A DNA stretch of 64,000 bases from the human T2T-CHM13v2.0 reference genome, Homo sapiens, in the NCBI RefSeq assembly GCF_009914755.1, contig NC_060928.1. One strand, given 5' to 3'. Below are positions 28,747 to 39,899 of the stretch, one piece after another. The notes beneath the pieces were generated by a model. It was not told the origin of the DNA. It saw only the letters and a list, made by a program, of their open reading frames with translations, and did no database searches. Every line of letters begins with the position of its first letter. The first letter of the stretch is position 1. The translations under genes were made by a program, and so were the position numbers.

Positions 28747-30246
28747 ACAGCCCTGCTGGTTCCCTTCCAGTGCCGACTCCCAGGCTGAGTCGCTTTGCAG
28801 CAGCTGAACGTCGTGGTTGCATTTTGGTCTCTACCGTGAGGTCTGTATTTTCTTGGTGTGCACCGGTGTCTGCCTGTCCGCTGTCTCGTACCCAGGAGGC
28901 ATGTGCAGTTCTTTGTGTCCCTACAGGGCCTCTCTTCCATCCTCTTCTCCTTTCCTGGTGCTCCCAGCCTTTCCCATGGAACAGCCCACAGTTGCAGGAT
29001 TTTCTGTCTTTATGTCTGTCCCCCTGATCCTGAAGCCCAAAGGTGGTAGGCGTGAAGTTACAGAAGTCTGTGTCTTCAGGTACAATGAGTAGGTGGCCAA
29101 TGGCCAGCTTCTTAGCCCCGTCCTGGTGCTTCCCCGACCCTTCTGATCCGCTCAGGCCCCTGTCCTCCTCGTACACAGCTGCAGCTCTCCCTGCCATGTC
29201 CACGCAAGGCACAAGGGTGTCCCCAGCAGAACTGCAGGCCTGGATGCTGGTATCCAGCACGTTCAAGCCAGGTGGCCTCCGGCAGGCTCTTGCCACACCT
29301 TCGTTTCCTTATCTGTAAACCAGGGATAGTGGTCTCCCGGCCTCCCCAGGACCCAGCCCTCCCTGGTCTCCCCACCTCCCCGTGGCCCCTGTTTTGAGGC
29401 TGAGTCCGCTGCCCCTCAGTGTTAGATCTCCTCTGAGAGGAACCTGTGGCTTTGCTGCCCATCCCTACTTCCTGCCCTCGACTGGGCAGTTCCTTAACAG
29501 ATCAGGGATCAGGAACATGACTGCCCTTGCTCATCTGCTGGCCCTCCACATTTGCCCAGTCCCTGGGTCTCTCTGCCTCCGTTTCCTCCCTGTTTGATGA
29601 GGATAATCACGAAGCACATCAGGACTGTTGGGTTAGATGAAGTCATGCAGGTAAAGCTGCTGTGCAGCTGCAGACATGTCAGCATGGCTGGCAGTCTCTG
29701 TGCTTGGCTGAGCCTGCTCAGAGCCACAGTGACCTCCTAGGTGTCCTCCTCCCCTGCTCCCATCGTGGCATCTGGGACTCTGTCCCCCTGCCACCCTCCA
29801 GGGTCTCCTACTGCTTCTGCCTGTTTGCTCTCTCCTCAGTCTCCCTGCAGAAGAGCTTCCAAGTGGAGGAGACACATGACTGGGGTGGCACCGTCCAAGA
29901 GAGGCAGTAGCTGCGAGTCCAGTGGGTCTCAGGGCAAGCCAAGTCAAAGGGCTGGGGCCTAAGACAACAGGGATAGGAGTCAATGCACATCTGTGAGATA
30001 ATGGGGAAGCAGCATCAACATGACTTGGGGACCCCCTGGGCCCACAGCTCTCTGCATGGAAAGGGAGGAAGGAGCCAAGCTGGTGAGCACCCAGCCAGTG
30101 TTTTGTGGACATGAACAGTTCTGGTTCTGGAGAGGGATCTTCGTTGAGCTTGATAGAGACATGTGCTGTCGGACTGTAGATGTCATGAGTTTCTGAGGAA
30201 AGGTCAGCATGACAGGCAAGTGACAGACATCAGAGTCAGTAAAGAT

Positions 30247-30437
30247 GGAGCGTGGGGAGGCGGGGCCTGGGAGCAGAGAGGAGGGGCCTAGGAATGGAGA
30301 GGTGGGGCCTAGGAGTGGAAGGGTGTGGTCTTGGAGTGGAGAGGCGGGGCCTGGGAGCAGAGAGGAGGGGCCTAGGAATGGAGAGGTAGGGCCTAGGAGT
30401 GGAAAGGTGTGGTCTTGGAGTGGAGAGGCGGGGCCTG
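30247..30437. repeat. G-rich 84-bp repeat (4 x 21-bp subunits), about 2.2 copies
   Basis: gaggcggggcct at 30257, 30341, 30425. Confidence 0.92.
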
Positions 30438-31199
30438 CGCAGAGAGGCAGGGTCTCTCAGAAGACCCCTTTTTGGGATCCAGAATCACTAGGAGCAGGGT
30501 AAGCTGTGTGGCATCAGCGCTTGCATCCTGCAGGGAGTTACCTACCAGGGCTGGGCCGGGACTGGCCAGAACCTTGACAGATGAAGTTTGACCAGACCAA
30601 GTGAGTCCTCATGGTCTGATACGTAAGCCAGATGTGAGTTACCAATTTGCACCAGGGGCTGTGCTCCCCCAGTGGCTGGCCTGCCCTCCACCATATAACC
30701 CACTGGCAGCACCTCACCGTAGATGGGACCTGGCTGGGTGCCCGTTCTAGTCTTCAGCCCAGCTCCCCGCTTGGCTGGGCCCAGCAGCTGGCCTCTCAGG
30801 GCCCTATGCGCCCCTCGGATGGGGGTCCTTGAGGGGAGCTTCATGTGCTTGTCTTAAGTCGATGGGTCTGGACAAGGGTCTTAGATGTGGCACAGTCAGC
30901 CAGCCGGTCTGTGTGTGCGTCCCTCTTCAGAGGGGGCCCCAGCTTCTGCACGGTCCGCTCACGTGCCCTTCCGCAGCCTGGGCACTGCAGGCAGGGGGAG
31001 GGGGTGCCACCTAGGCAAGGCCAGCTCGGCAGTCTGAAGGAACGGCTGGGCAGCCACCTCTGACCACACGTGTGTCCGTGCCGGCGTGGTTATCTGGGCT
31101 GCCTACACAGTTCACGCTAACATCGTGGCTCACGCTAACATCGTGGCTGTTGATGCCACGTGTTGTGAGGCCTTTGTCAGCTCTTCTCCTGTATTCCAG

Positions 31200-31363
31200 G
31201 GCAACTCCAACAACATTGCCACCGTGGACATCTCCGCAGGCTTCGTGGGCTTAGACACCTACGTGGAAATCCCAGCCGTGCTCCTGACAGCGTTTGGGAC
31301 GTACGCAGGGCCTGTGCTGTGGGCCAGCCACTTAGTGCACTTCCTGAGCTCAGAAACACGCAG
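31200..31363 (+). CDS. PIGG: PIGG coding exon 12 (164 nt): GNSNNIATVDISAGFVGL...
   Basis: ttccag| acceptor, AG|gtgagg donor; GNSN..ATVD..AG.VG motif. Confidence 0.97.
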
Positions 31364-32049
31364 GTGAGGCGCCTCTCTGCCGTCAGCACAGTTCTGGGGG
31401 CCGGCTGCCTGGTTTTAAGGGTCGTACTTTGTTCCAGATGCAAGGGGGTCTAAGCTCCATGGGTCCAACAGTCTTTTCAACAGTTTTCTTTTCCTTAAAT
31501 AGGGAACGGTCCAAAGCTCAAGGGCCAGAAGCCGGCCTGAGGTGTCCGTGTAGGGCCAGGGTCGGGTCTGACGGGGCCTCGCCGGGCTCCCCAGGGTTGG
31601 GTCTGACGGGGCCTCGCTGGGCTGCCCAGGTCACACCAGCACATGGTTTCTAGACACAGGAAGGAAAATTCCTTTTCCCGCCACTCCAGGTTTTTCTGTT
31701 TGCTGGTGGCCAGATGGAGGGCGGGTCGTCCTTCCCCTTTGGGGACATGAAGATAAAAGACGGCTCTCGGCCCCCAGAGACCCTGCTGGAGCGCGCAGGA
31801 CCCTGGAGAAGGCTCCTGGCCAGGGCCGTGGCTCTTCTGAGTCGTCCTTGAGTAGCTAGGGGCATGTCCCTTCCACACATAAGCTGATTTGGGTTGGAAA
31901 AACAGGGTGGGGGGCACAGGGAAGTTCAGAGACGTGAGCCCCGTCCCCTGTCGCTGAGAAGTCCCTTCAAGCTGCGTCTGGCCTGCCCTCCATGCTCTCC
32001 TGCCTGGTCCACCTCGTTCCCTCCAGTGAGCCTGAGGTCTCCTCTCCAA

Positions 32050-32366
32050 CACCCACCCGTCTCCTGGCAGCTTCGTGCAGAAGTTCCACCGGGGGGACCC
32101 CAGATCAAGGGTGCAGTGCAGCCCCTCATCCACATCCCCATCTCCTGGCAGCTTTGTGCAGATGTCCCCGGGGGATCCCAGATCAAGGGTGCAGCCCCCC
32201 ATCCACACACCCGTTTCCTGGCGGTTTTGTGCAGAAGTTCCCCCCGGGGGACCCCAGATCAAGGGCGCAGCCCCCCATCCACATGCCCGTCTCCTGGCGG
32301 TTTTGTGCAGAAGTTCTCCCGGGGAAACCCAGATCAAGGGTGCAGCTCCCCATCCACACGCCCGTC
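32050..32366. repeat. About 75-bp VNTR x4
   Basis: tcctggc.g.tttgtgcagaagtt..ccgggg...cccagatcaagggtgcagc...catccac repeated. Confidence 0.93.
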
Positions 32367-35329
32367 TTCTCTGCAGCGTTCCCACCGCCGCACACTCTCT
32401 GCTTCCTCATCGTATGTTTCTTGCTCCCCCAAGAAAGGAGGCTTTGTGAGGCAGGGGCTTCACCCGCTCTGTTCACCATAGCAGCCTCAGTGCCTGGCCT
32501 GGCGGAGTCAGGTGCTGAGTGGAGTGTGGCGGGGGTGGGTGATTCTGTACCTCCCAACTTGGTCTGGCAGAGACCCCAGGGCCTGCAAAGTTATTCGACT
32601 CACATGTGCCTGGTTTTCCCATCTGTAAAACGGGAGTTGCTGGGAGCTCAATGGGGGACACTTGGAAGCGTTCACAGCCTTTGGAGGGGCTAGTGGCCCC
32701 TGCGGCATCTACTAGAGTGCCCCGTGCTCCACGCTTGTCCCTGCTGCCAGCCACAGTCACGAATCCCCGCAGCGCCTATGCATTTCTGCGTGTGCTGAAA
32801 CCGCGCACCGCGGCCCGGCCTCCTCCCGGGCAGGCGAGCGTCTGGGACACTGACTGGACCAGCCTCCCGCACTTTCTGGGTGGCTTTGGGCAGGTCAGCC
32901 AGAGCTTTGCGTGTGTCCTGTGGTGACCGGAGGCCCCAGTCCTGCCGGGAGCCCCAGGGAGCGCGCTGTGGCCTCTCCGCTGAGCAGTGAGGCTGGAGGG
33001 CTCCTACGTCCTCCCATGACTGAACCGTCGCTCTCGCGGTGCTGACTGCTGAGCCCCCGTGCCAGCCCTCCCAGGACACTTGGAGGCTTCTCCTGCCGAG
33101 CTGCCGGCGACTCCACAGAGCATCTGCACGTTTCTGTGGTCCCGCTCCGCCCTCTGGCTTCTGCTCCACAGCCTCCTTCACCAGGTCATCCTCTCAGCTC
33201 CACGCAGGTCCTCTCCCCGCCTCACTCCCCTCCCCAGACCAGCTCCTGAGACCCAGGCCACAGGGACCCTTGGCCTTGCCTCCAGACCCAGATGCCCAGC
33301 CCCCTGTCGACATTCCGCAGAGGTGTCCTCGGGCTGACAGGACTGAGGAGCCCTTTACAGGACATGCGGGCAGGGCCCACGCACCCAGGCACGCACACCC
33401 GTGCCTGCCTTTGAGCTTTTCCCACCCTGAAAGGAGCCCCTCGCCGCTCACGTCCTGTGTTGAGGCTCTCACAGCATGAGTGCTTCGGAGCCAGAGGAAC
33501 CGTCCACCATGGTGGAAGTGTTCGTGCCCCGCAGACTCGGCGGGCCCGGGCTGGACCCCTCAGTCGCTCACAGGTTTCCGTAAGGGGTCGGGGGAGCATT
33601 GGCCTTGCTTCAGCAGTGATAGGCGCGTGCCTTCCCACAGCGGACATGGAGCCTTTCCAAGGGGAGAATCGCTCCCTGGCCAGACTGCAAGCTTCCCGGG
33701 GACAGGAATGCCTGAGATCCACCTGCCTTTTCTTCAGGTGCCTGTGGACGCTTGACACGCCCACTTTGGGGCAGTCTGTGGACAGACCCCCGTAATTTAC
33801 AGTCACCGCTGAGCTTGTCATCACAGCAGAAAGCTGAGGCTCTGCGGGCGGAAGCCACCAACAGACCAGCTTGGGAGACACCCACTGTGGCGGCGCTGTG
33901 TGGAGACGTCCTTCCAGACTTCGATTCTGCATAAAAACAAACATCTGCCACGAGACCCCTGCTCGGCGTCCGCCTGTCTCAGCAGCTGCCCTGGGACGTC
34001 TTTCTCTGACTTGGTTTTGAGGCCAGCCGCGTGCTCACACTGGCCTTACAGAAACAGGAGACGCCGTCCTCGGCCGTCTGGGGTGGGCTGTCAGCACGTC
34101 GTGTGGTCAGGTGTCAGGACAAGCGGGCGTGAGCGCGTGGAGGTGCATCTGCCTCTGCCCTGGAGAACGGATGTGCTACAGCTGTGCGCGGCGTGATCAA
34201 GCACCTGTTGGGTGGACGGCACACCTCCCAGTGGCCAGCTGGAGACGGAGGGCTGGAAGTACTTGCCCGGCTCCTCTCTCTGTAGGTTTGGTCTTCGGCC
34301 TTGCAGCTGCCCTGGTGCTTGCAGATTGCGGTTTGATGGACCAGGCACTTTTCATCTCTTACACAGCCAGGCACGTTTGTGTTTGGGAGGGAAAAAGACA
34401 AATATTAAGTGAGGTGAAAGCATTTTGATCAACTGGAGAGTATCATGATATTTTTCCTAGTCAAGAAGCATTTCTCCTTCATTTTATAGGGTTTTCTTCT
34501 TCCCTTTTAAAAGTTTAAAGCATCAAGTTTTACTCATGGTTTCTATTTTGTTTCAGTAGAGTAGGAAAACTATAACCAGGTCTAAATTGTAGACAGAGAA
34601 AATATGTTTCCAAAAGGTCAAAAACGTGGCCTTGAGTGGTTGGCGACCCTCTGTTCCAGGGGCTGGCACCCCGGGCTGCCTGCTCCCCTGCAGCGCAAAT
34701 GGCTCTTTGCTAAAGTGGTGGGAACAGCAAGCCGCCATCTTCTAGGTGGGTAACGCTATAAAGTGTTAAACTGAAGTCAAGGTGGTGCCATGTCTAAGCC
34801 ACAGCTTCCCCATGCGCTGTCTGGGTAGGATGGGGCCACGGCCCACTTAGCCACGAATCTTCCTGCCCAGTATGTTCACCTTTTCCTGGGTGTTGCTGTC
34901 ACCAGGAGGTGTATTGAGGATACCTTGGGGTCCACCTCCCTGTGGGGTCCCCGGCCTGTGGGGCTGGATACCAAGTGGTGACCAGCGGTACGGGTTTGGG
35001 GGACCCGCCTAAGGAGCCAGGGCCTGGCAAGGAAAGCAGTGAAAGGACCAGAGGCACCGGCCACCCACCGGGAGATCCCAGGGTCTGAGTATTTTACTGG
35101 AGCACATGGCGGGCTGAGGTGAAGGAGTGTTTGGAGAAGCCAAGAGGAGGATGGGCCCCTCCAAGGCCTGAGATGGGGAGCCGGTGGGGGGCTGAGGTGA
35201 GGCTGTGGAGGGGCCAGAGACAGCCCCGTCCTTGGCCCTTCGTGGCTGTTGACACCCTTTCCTGAGCAGTGAGCACTGAAGCAGGAGCCACTTACAGGAC
35301 ACCCTCAAGTAATACCTGGTGGAGCTGCT

Positions 35330-35537
35330 GGGCTGACAGGACTGAGGAGCCCTTTACAGGACATGCATGTGGGGCCCAGACACACATACGTGCCGACAGG
35401 ACTGAGGAGCCCTTTACAGGACATGCAGCGGGACCCACACACCCACACACACGTGCTGACAGGACCGAGGGGCCCTTTACAGGACATGCAGCGGGACCCA
35501 CACACCCAGACACACACACGTGCCGACAGGACTGAGG
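35330..35537. repeat. About 62-bp VNTR x3 with a dispersed solo copy at 33331-33404
   Basis: gctgacaggactgaggagccctttacaggacatgc. Confidence 0.93.
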
Positions 35538-36534
35538 ATCTGGGGGCTGCCTCCGGGCCCTTTCTAACAGAACTTGATCAGAGGTCATGGATGAGGCATG
35601 GAAAGTGCCCAAATAATGTAATTTATCATTTTTCAATAATCACAGACTCAGGGAAGTTGCTTTGAGGAAGAGATTTATGTAGTGTGTTGGTGGTTTCAAA
35701 ACTAGGGGGTACATTAACATACTTCGAGGGGTGGCTCTTATTCCGAGAATTTGCTCAGCAAACCCCGCTGGGCCAGTGTCCCCAGACCAGACAGTCCTCC
35801 ACACCACAGCAGGGAGAAAAGCTCAGAACTTGTATTTATGTTTATTTGTATCTCACCCTTTTGTGATTTTCTATTCATCGTTTGTATTTTATAATGCATG
35901 TGATATAGTAGCACATGCATATATAATTTTTAAATAACTGCAAAGTCTGGGGGGTGCGTTTTTCAGAGCTGTTTTACAGATGACGGTGGCAGACAGTGGC
36001 TGAGCAGTTGGGGCTGCAGCTCATGTCCCCTCGGGCACCTCCGTGCCTTCTGGAGACTCAGACCTCTGCCCACCCCAGACCAACCACATCCAGATTTCTG
36101 TAGGGGGGGCTCCAGAGTGGCACTTCCAGCACATACTGTAGGTGATTTTTACATACAGTCAAGTTTCAGAAGCATTTCTGGAGAGCTCAAGGTGTGTGTG
36201 GGGGGGGACATGGTGGCCCTCACCCATCCTTCTGTTTGCTTCATTTTTCTTCATGAATTTGTCTCTTCCTGACATGTTACATATCTGGTTTCTCCTGCCT
36301 CCTTCACTAGAACACAGCCTCCAAGGGGGCAGGTTGGGTTTTCCCGTCTCCAGCGCATCTGGAGAGGCACCTGTCCCAGCACCATAGTGACTGGATGTGT
36401 GTGCAGAAGAAGGAACGCGGTGCCCTCTACTCCAAGGGCAAGAGCTACTGGAGTCTTTTTGAAAATAAAAGTGTTGTTACATGTGTGATATGTAAGTGGC
36501 ATGTGCTAATACACATTTTCTTTCTTATTAACAG

Positions 36535-36751
36535 TGGTTCAGCACTGAGTCATGCTTGCTTCTGCTACGCACTGATTTGTTCTATTCCAGTTTTCACGTA
36601 CATCGTTTTGGTGACATCTCTGCGTTATCATTTATTTATATGGAGTGTATTTTCTCCAAAACTTCTCTACGAGGGAATGCACCTGCTCATTACAGCTGCT
36701 GTCTGTGTATTCTTCACGGCAATGGATCAAACCAGACTCACACAGTCTTAG
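36535..36751 (+). CDS. PIGG: PIGG terminal coding exon 13 (217 nt to TAG): ...LRYHLFIWSVFSPKLLYE...LTQS*
   Basis: taacag| acceptor; RxHLFIWSVFSPK motif. Exons 3-13 sum to 2592 nt; adding 360 nt from exons 1-2 gives 2952 nt, i.e. 983 aa, the known PIGG length. Confidence 0.97.
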
Positions 36752-36889
36752 ACTAAGCTGAACACTGGAAAAATAATACATGCTTAAAGTCTGCTGTTAT
36801 TCTAAAATGAAAGATATGAATTCAACAAAGTTGATGGATAACTTTCTTTGACTGCTCTACCTGAATTTAGACTAAGCAGTAAATAGTTT

Positions 36890-36895
36890 AATAAA
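36890..36895 (+). terminator. PIGG: PIGG polyadenylation signal AATAAA
   Basis: AATAAA about 140 nt after the stop codon, followed by T-rich sequence. Confidence 0.8.
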
Positions 36896-37293
36896 AGATC
36901 ACTTTAATATACAGTTTGTATCATATTTTCCCCCATTGACAATCACTCTAGAAGCTTCTGAACTTTTAATTTCCTCTGAATAAGCTATGGTGTGACCCAA
37001 ATATGTGTGTTTAAATCAATGAATGAAAAGGTTCTGGACTTTGTTAGAGTCCAGGAGCTCTGTGGGAGGAGGCACCCAGATTACCTTAGGGAGCACAGAG
37101 CTCTTAGAATCCTACAAACCACTGAGGGCCCCAAGGCGCTTTGGTTTATGAGGGTTACATGTATCAGTGTTTATGGCATTTGAGATGAAAACTAAGATAA
37201 AAAAGTATTCATTTATAAGGAATCTATTGCATATTAATGAAACACTTGAAGGAAAAGTAACTATATTTTCCAAAACAAAAAAATTCAGTGAGA

Positions 37294-37560
37294 CCCAGCA
37301 CTTTGGGAGGCCAGAGTGGGGGTATCACTTGAGCCCAGGTGTTTGAGATCAGCCTGGGAAACATAGTGAGACCCTCATCTCTCCAAAAACTTCAAAAAAT
37401 TAGCTGGGCGTGATGGCACACACCTGTGGTCCCAGCTACTCAGGTGGCTGAGGAAAGAGTATTGTTTCAGCCGAGTTCAAGGCTGCAGTGAGCCATGATT
37501 GTACCACTGTACTCCAGCCAGGACAACAGAGTGAGACTCTTGTCTTTAAAATGAAAAAAT
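37294..37560 (+). mobile_element. AluJ, 5' truncated
   Basis: cacttgagcccagg, gagttcaaggctgcagtgagccatgatt. Confidence 0.9.
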
Positions 37561-37696
37561 AAATGTTTAATGAGAAAAGTGATAATGTTTTACATTTTTA
37601 CAAACCTCTTTAATGCCTGGCCTAATTGAAGCTAGTTGGATTTTGTGTTTGACCTGTTGTGATATGTGTGTTTGGTTACAATATAAGAAGAAAATC

Positions 37697-38026
<330 letters not shown>

Positions 38027-38164
38027 TCAGTAGTTGGAAAGAGGAGGCATATTTTAATGTCCTTTTTCTGATTATTGTGGATGTTCTTTTTTGATACCAA
38101 CACCAAATCTTTTTTGATGCCAACACCAAAACTCAACAAATGTTAGTTTGCTGAAGGTTAGTTG

Positions 38165-38393
38165 GACAAAAAGAAAAGAAACGAGTGCATATAAAAACTG
38201 GTGAAATGCTACTGAGGGCTGTATTCGAATTAATAGAATTGTGCCCACATCATTTTCCTGGTATTTATCTGGTTGTGTAAGATACCATCATTGGGGGGAG
38301 GTGGGTGAAGGATATGTAGAACTCTCTATACTATTTTTGCAACTTCTTGTGAGTCTTCAACTATTTCAAAACAAAAGTTATTTTGAAAAAGAA
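38165..38393 (+). mobile_element. L1MC/MD-type 3' end inserted in Charlie1
   Basis: gggtgaaggatatgtagaactctctatactatttttgcaactt...A tail; flanked by aaggttag(t/c)tg duplication. Confidence 0.65.
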
Positions 38394-38645
38394 AAGGTTA
38401 GCTGCCATGTGGAATCTGAAATCATATCAATGAACTTTCATGTCCTGATGCATTACGACACATTGACCTGTCTTGCACCCTGAATGGAACTTTTACCCAG
38501 ATGTGATTCTTAACATCTGCATTGTTGTTTGGAAAATAACAGTTCACTGGATGATAGAAATTTCCAAATGTTGTTCATTATTCCATACCAAAATCACTTA
38601 TTTATATCACAACCGAGCTCATCAGAAAAGTCTTTAAAGAGTGAA

Positions 38646-38935
38646 TGGTGGCTCACGCTTGTAATCCCAGCACTTTGGGAGGTTGGGGAAGCAGGAGGAT
38701 CGCTTGAAGCCTGGAGTTTGTGACCAGCCTGGGCAATGTAGTGAGACCCCATCTCTAAAAAAAAAATTTGAAAATTAGCCAGGTGTAGTGGTATGTGCCT
38801 GTAGTCCCAACTACTCAGGAGGCTGAGGCAGGAGGACCACTTGAGCCCAAGAGTTCAAGGCTGCAGTGAGTTAGGATTGCACCGTTGCACTCCAGCCTGG
38901 GCAACAGAGCCAGGGCCCATCTCTAAAAAAATAAA
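38646..38935 (+). mobile_element. AluJ
   Basis: ggaggatcgcttgaagcctggagtt, cacttgagcccaagagttcaaggctgcagtg. Confidence 0.9.
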
Positions 38936-39049
38936 AATGTGAAGAAAAAAAATCTCACCATCCAGAAGAAACAGTCACTAACAGTTAGTGAATACAGTTC
39001 ACTAAATGGAAGAAGCAGGGAGGATGCATAGATGCATACATGAAAATCA

Positions 39050-39430
39050 TACTATATATTTATAAATATTTTATATAAATATATATACAAATAATATATA
39101 AATATATATACAGATAATATTTATATAAATATATATGCAAATATATAAATATGTTCATGCAAATAATATTTTATATAAATATATGCAAATAATATTTTGT
39201 ATAAATATGTATGCAAATAATATTTTATATAAATATATATGCAAATATTTTATATAAATATATGCAAATAATATTTTATATAAATATATTTATGCAAATA
39301 TTTATATAAATGTATATACAAATAATATATAAATATATATTTATGCAAATATTTATATAAATATTTATACAAATAATATTTTATATAAATATATATTTAT
39401 ACAAATTATATATAAATATTATATATAACT
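39050..39430. repeat. AT-rich low-complexity minisatellite (ataaatatatatgcaaataatattttat)
   Basis: About 380 bp almost entirely A/T with a 26-30 bp degenerate period. Confidence 0.92.
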
Positions 39431-39899
39431 TTTTAATCCAAAGTAGTTATATAAGTTTTTAATTTAACAGGAAAAGTGAAACCAAAGAAAAGGCTGAATT
39501 TTGAATAAATGTTTCTTCACTACAAGAAATATACAATATTCTTTTAAAATTAATTTCTTATAACATCTATTAAGAGAGCTGGTAGCTAACAGAGAAAGGG
39601 CAGCTTCTCAGGCAGAGGATACACAAAGCCTTGTTTCAATTGGAAGGCTGATTGTCCACATCAAAGAGTTTCTGCCTCTTCATATCTGTAACTATGGAAT
39701 ATTGATAGGACAATGCAATGACAAGATTGATACTGTTTTAAAGTATTGTTTATGCTATACTTTAATTCATTTATCCTCAGTGGAGCCCTGTGACCAAGTG
39801 GATTTTTTTTGTAACACCAATAACTTGATCAACTTTGACAATACAATCAAAAGATGTTTGGAGGGGAAAACACTAGAGGGATCATTACATGGTAAAGTG

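Noticed and set aside
31495-33944. 200-300 aa ORFs in GC-rich intron 12
   Set aside because: Explained by high GC content and the 75-bp VNTR; no recognisable domain.
17056-35537. Regularly spaced repeats as a CRISPR-like array
   Set aside because: Units are contiguous tandem copies without unique spacers; mammalian intron; no cas genes.
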